A stretch of 61,384 nucleotides of DNA, the filler included, from Sphacelaria rigidula (Eukaryota): assembly GCA_964200075.2 (NCBI GenBank). It is 6 parts of 6 records of this genome, joined end to end, with 100 filler letters (N's around TTAATTAATTAA, not from the genome) between each part and the next. Parts side by side here need not be neighbours in the genome. Positions count along the whole stretch, not along the records: positions 51,239 to 61,384 come from CAXNAA020007036.1; 5 more parts are not named here. One strand, written 5' to 3'. Of this stretch, positions 59,560-61,384 are shown in pieces. A program made the translations under genes and the position numbers. A model generated the notes under the pieces. The model did not search any database. It had not been told where the DNA came from and saw only the letters and a program-made list of their open reading frames with translations. Position 1 is the stretch's first letter; each line of letters begins with the position of its first letter.

Positions 59560-59811
59560 GTATTACTCGAGCAGTACATGTACATTTAAAAGCAGCGCCG
59601 GGTGGTTCCGACTCATGAACCACCCCCCTTCTCTGAAGATGCTGGCGAACCAGCAACGAGTGAGCGGGCGGCGACAGAAAAGATGCCGACGACGTCAACG
59701 CCGGGAGCGATGACGTCCAAGAGTAGAATCCGTAGCAGATCGTGTGGAGACCAAGAGGTCGTAAAAGTTGATGGACAGGAAGTGGACGGCGCTCGAGGTG
59801 GAAACAAGTAT

Positions 59812-60395
59812 TAGGGCGAGTACTCGAATCATTGCTCGCGGTGGGAAAAAATAATAGAGCGAACACTCGAGTCATTGCTCGTGGTGAAAAAGATGAACAG
59901 GGCGAGCAATCGAGTCATTGCTCGTGGTTGGAGAGATGAACAGGGCGAGCACTCGAGTCATTGCTCGTGGTGGAAGCAATTGATAGGGCGAGTACTCGAG
60001 TCATTGCTCTTGGTGGGGAAAATGAATAGGGCGAGCAGTCGAGCCATTGTTTCTGGTGATAAAATTTAATAGGGCGAGTACTCGAGTCGTTACTCGTGAT
60101 GGGAAAAATGAAAAGGACCTGCAGTCGAGTCATTGTCTGTGGTGATAAAATTCAACAGGGCGAGTACTCGAGCCATTGCTTGTGGTGATGAAACCAAAAG
60201 GGCGAGTACTCGAGTCATTGCTCGTGGTGGACAAAATAAATAGGTCGAGTACTCGAGTCATTGCTCGTGGTGGAAGAAATTGATAGGGCGAGTACTCGAG
60301 TCATTGCCTGTGATGGAAAAATACATGACTCGAGCACGCCAGTCGTGCTCGTGGTTCAAGGAAAAAATAACTGGAGCACACGAGTCATGCTCGTG
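59812..60395 (+). repeat. Tandem array of ~14 units of 42-43 bp
   Basis: Conserved core AGGGCGAGTACTCGAGTCATTGCTCGTGGTG plus a ~12-nt A-rich variable segment. Confidence 0.95.
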
Positions 60396-60978
60396 GTGTT
60401 TTCGGAAAACATCAATGGGTGCACTCGTTTCGACGTGTAATGAATGACTCGTCTGACGTGTGAAAAGGTTCAAGAGTAGGTCAGTAGGCTATACCTGAGA
60501 TTGTGGTATTTTAAAAAAGTGGAGATCCGATCCATGCCTACAGCAGCAGCAGCAAGCCCGGTCCTGCTGTTTCCCTCTCTAAAGCCCATACAGATCATTG
60601 TGGCTGACGTGGGCAAGTGATATACGACTTTCAAAATATCGCAATATCGGGTATGCCCTAGCCGACCCGACCTTGAAGAAGATTTCAACGATCTTCACGA
60701 GTGTTCGGTTATCAACCCGTGGTACGCCAAGTCCCTGCCCACAATTTTACACATAACAAAGCTTCTCTCGTCTATCCCACTTCACTGCATGTGGTACCTG
60801 CGGCAAACAACAGCCGAGGAACGCGTATTAATCACGGTCCTTTCCACTTTCCGTTTTCTCTCCATTTTCGAAATTTTTGCCCCCCATGCATTCCCTACGT
60901 GTTGTGTGTATGATATTCTCATGATCTTTTCATTCCCTGTTGATTTTCTCTCTCTCTTTCTTTTTGTTGGATGTTCAG

Positions 60979-61128
60979 GTTGAGATATATCTGGATCTTT
61001 CCTGCGCGGACAGCGTTGCGGCATGGCCAACCATAGCCAACGTGGTGGAGGAGTGGGGTGATCACGTCGAGTTCATCTATCGCCTCTTCCTGCTTCCGGA
61101 CGATCACACCGCCTTCACGATTGCTCGG
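60979..61128 (+). CDS. Second coding exon of the DsbA/thioredoxin-fold protein (CxxS active site)
   Basis: Acceptor ATGTTCAG| and donor |GTGAGC. VEIYLDLSCADSVAAWPTIANVVEEWGDHVEFIYRLFLLPDDHTAFTIAR resembles the eukaryotic DsbA-like family (E.F.D..CPDS...WP......F...FPLPYH..AF). Confidence 0.85.
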
Positions 61129-61384
61129 GTGAGCACAGAATGGTACATACTCTAACGCCTCCTCGCGACCGCGCTCCGGTGGCCAAATAGACTAGTAAGG
61201 CAACACTACCTAGACAAAAGATGGTATGCTTGTCAGTCCAGGAACCACACCCAATTTTTGCTGCAAGTCCAAATTTGGCGGGGGGGAGAGGCGGTTGGGT
61301 GGGTGGGGAGGGGGGGGGGGGGGGGGTAGTACTGATCTTGTGTGCCATAGGCATAAAAGCATTGGCCTCGCATCGCTACAAGAC

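Larger units (their letters stand above)
58315..60462 (+). mobile_element. CACAG...GTGTG element with ~14 tandem 43-bp units (copy 2), interrupted by a hAT insertion
   Basis: Starts (CA)n-CACAGAGATCAGAGTTCTACT, resumes after the insertion with CTCGAGCAGTACAT...AAGATGCTGGCGAACCAGCAACG, and ends GACTCGTCTGACGTGTG. Colinear with the reverse complement of 9539-10083. Confidence 0.8.

Noticed and set aside
59812..60395. CRISPR-like array (palindromic conserved core plus variable segments), also at 9635-9890
   Set aside because: The variable parts are only ~12 nt, A-rich and similar to each other. The cores are degenerate, there are no cas genes, and the array lies inside a eukaryotic intron. It is a tandem minisatellite within a TE.

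Overview
Eukaryotic, TE-rich, intron-rich DNA. The GT-AG intron style and repeat content suggest a brown alga (Phaeophyceae); this assignment is an inference. The window is not one locus. It is six unrelated contigs of 10148, 10148, 10148, 10147, 10147 and 10146 bp joined by identical 100-bp artificial linkers (N44-TTAATTAATTAA-N44), i.e. a length-sorted pseudo-scaffold of unplaced contigs. Supported host genes: (1) 13 in-phase exons of a secretory-pathway Ca2+/Mn2+ P-type ATPase (SPCA/PMR1 type, minus strand, 42129-49973, incomplete at both ends); (2) two exons of a secreted DsbA/thioredoxin-fold CxxS protein (57859-61128); (3) one zinc-finger exon resembling GPANK1 (18703-18920). The rest is mostly mobile-element debris: a decayed piggyBac transposase and piggyBac-type MITEs, LINE fragments, tRNA-derived SINEs, several foldback/MITE palindromes and a hAT element with a perfect 8-bp TSD. 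The most unusual items are a CAC...GTG-bounded element with a variable-copy 42-43-bp palindromic tandem array (two loci, one interrupted by the hAT) and an intronless decayed ADP-ribosyltransferase-like remnant. No CRISPR array, rRNA or intact tRNA is supported. All protein-family calls are by-eye motif recognition, not database hits.
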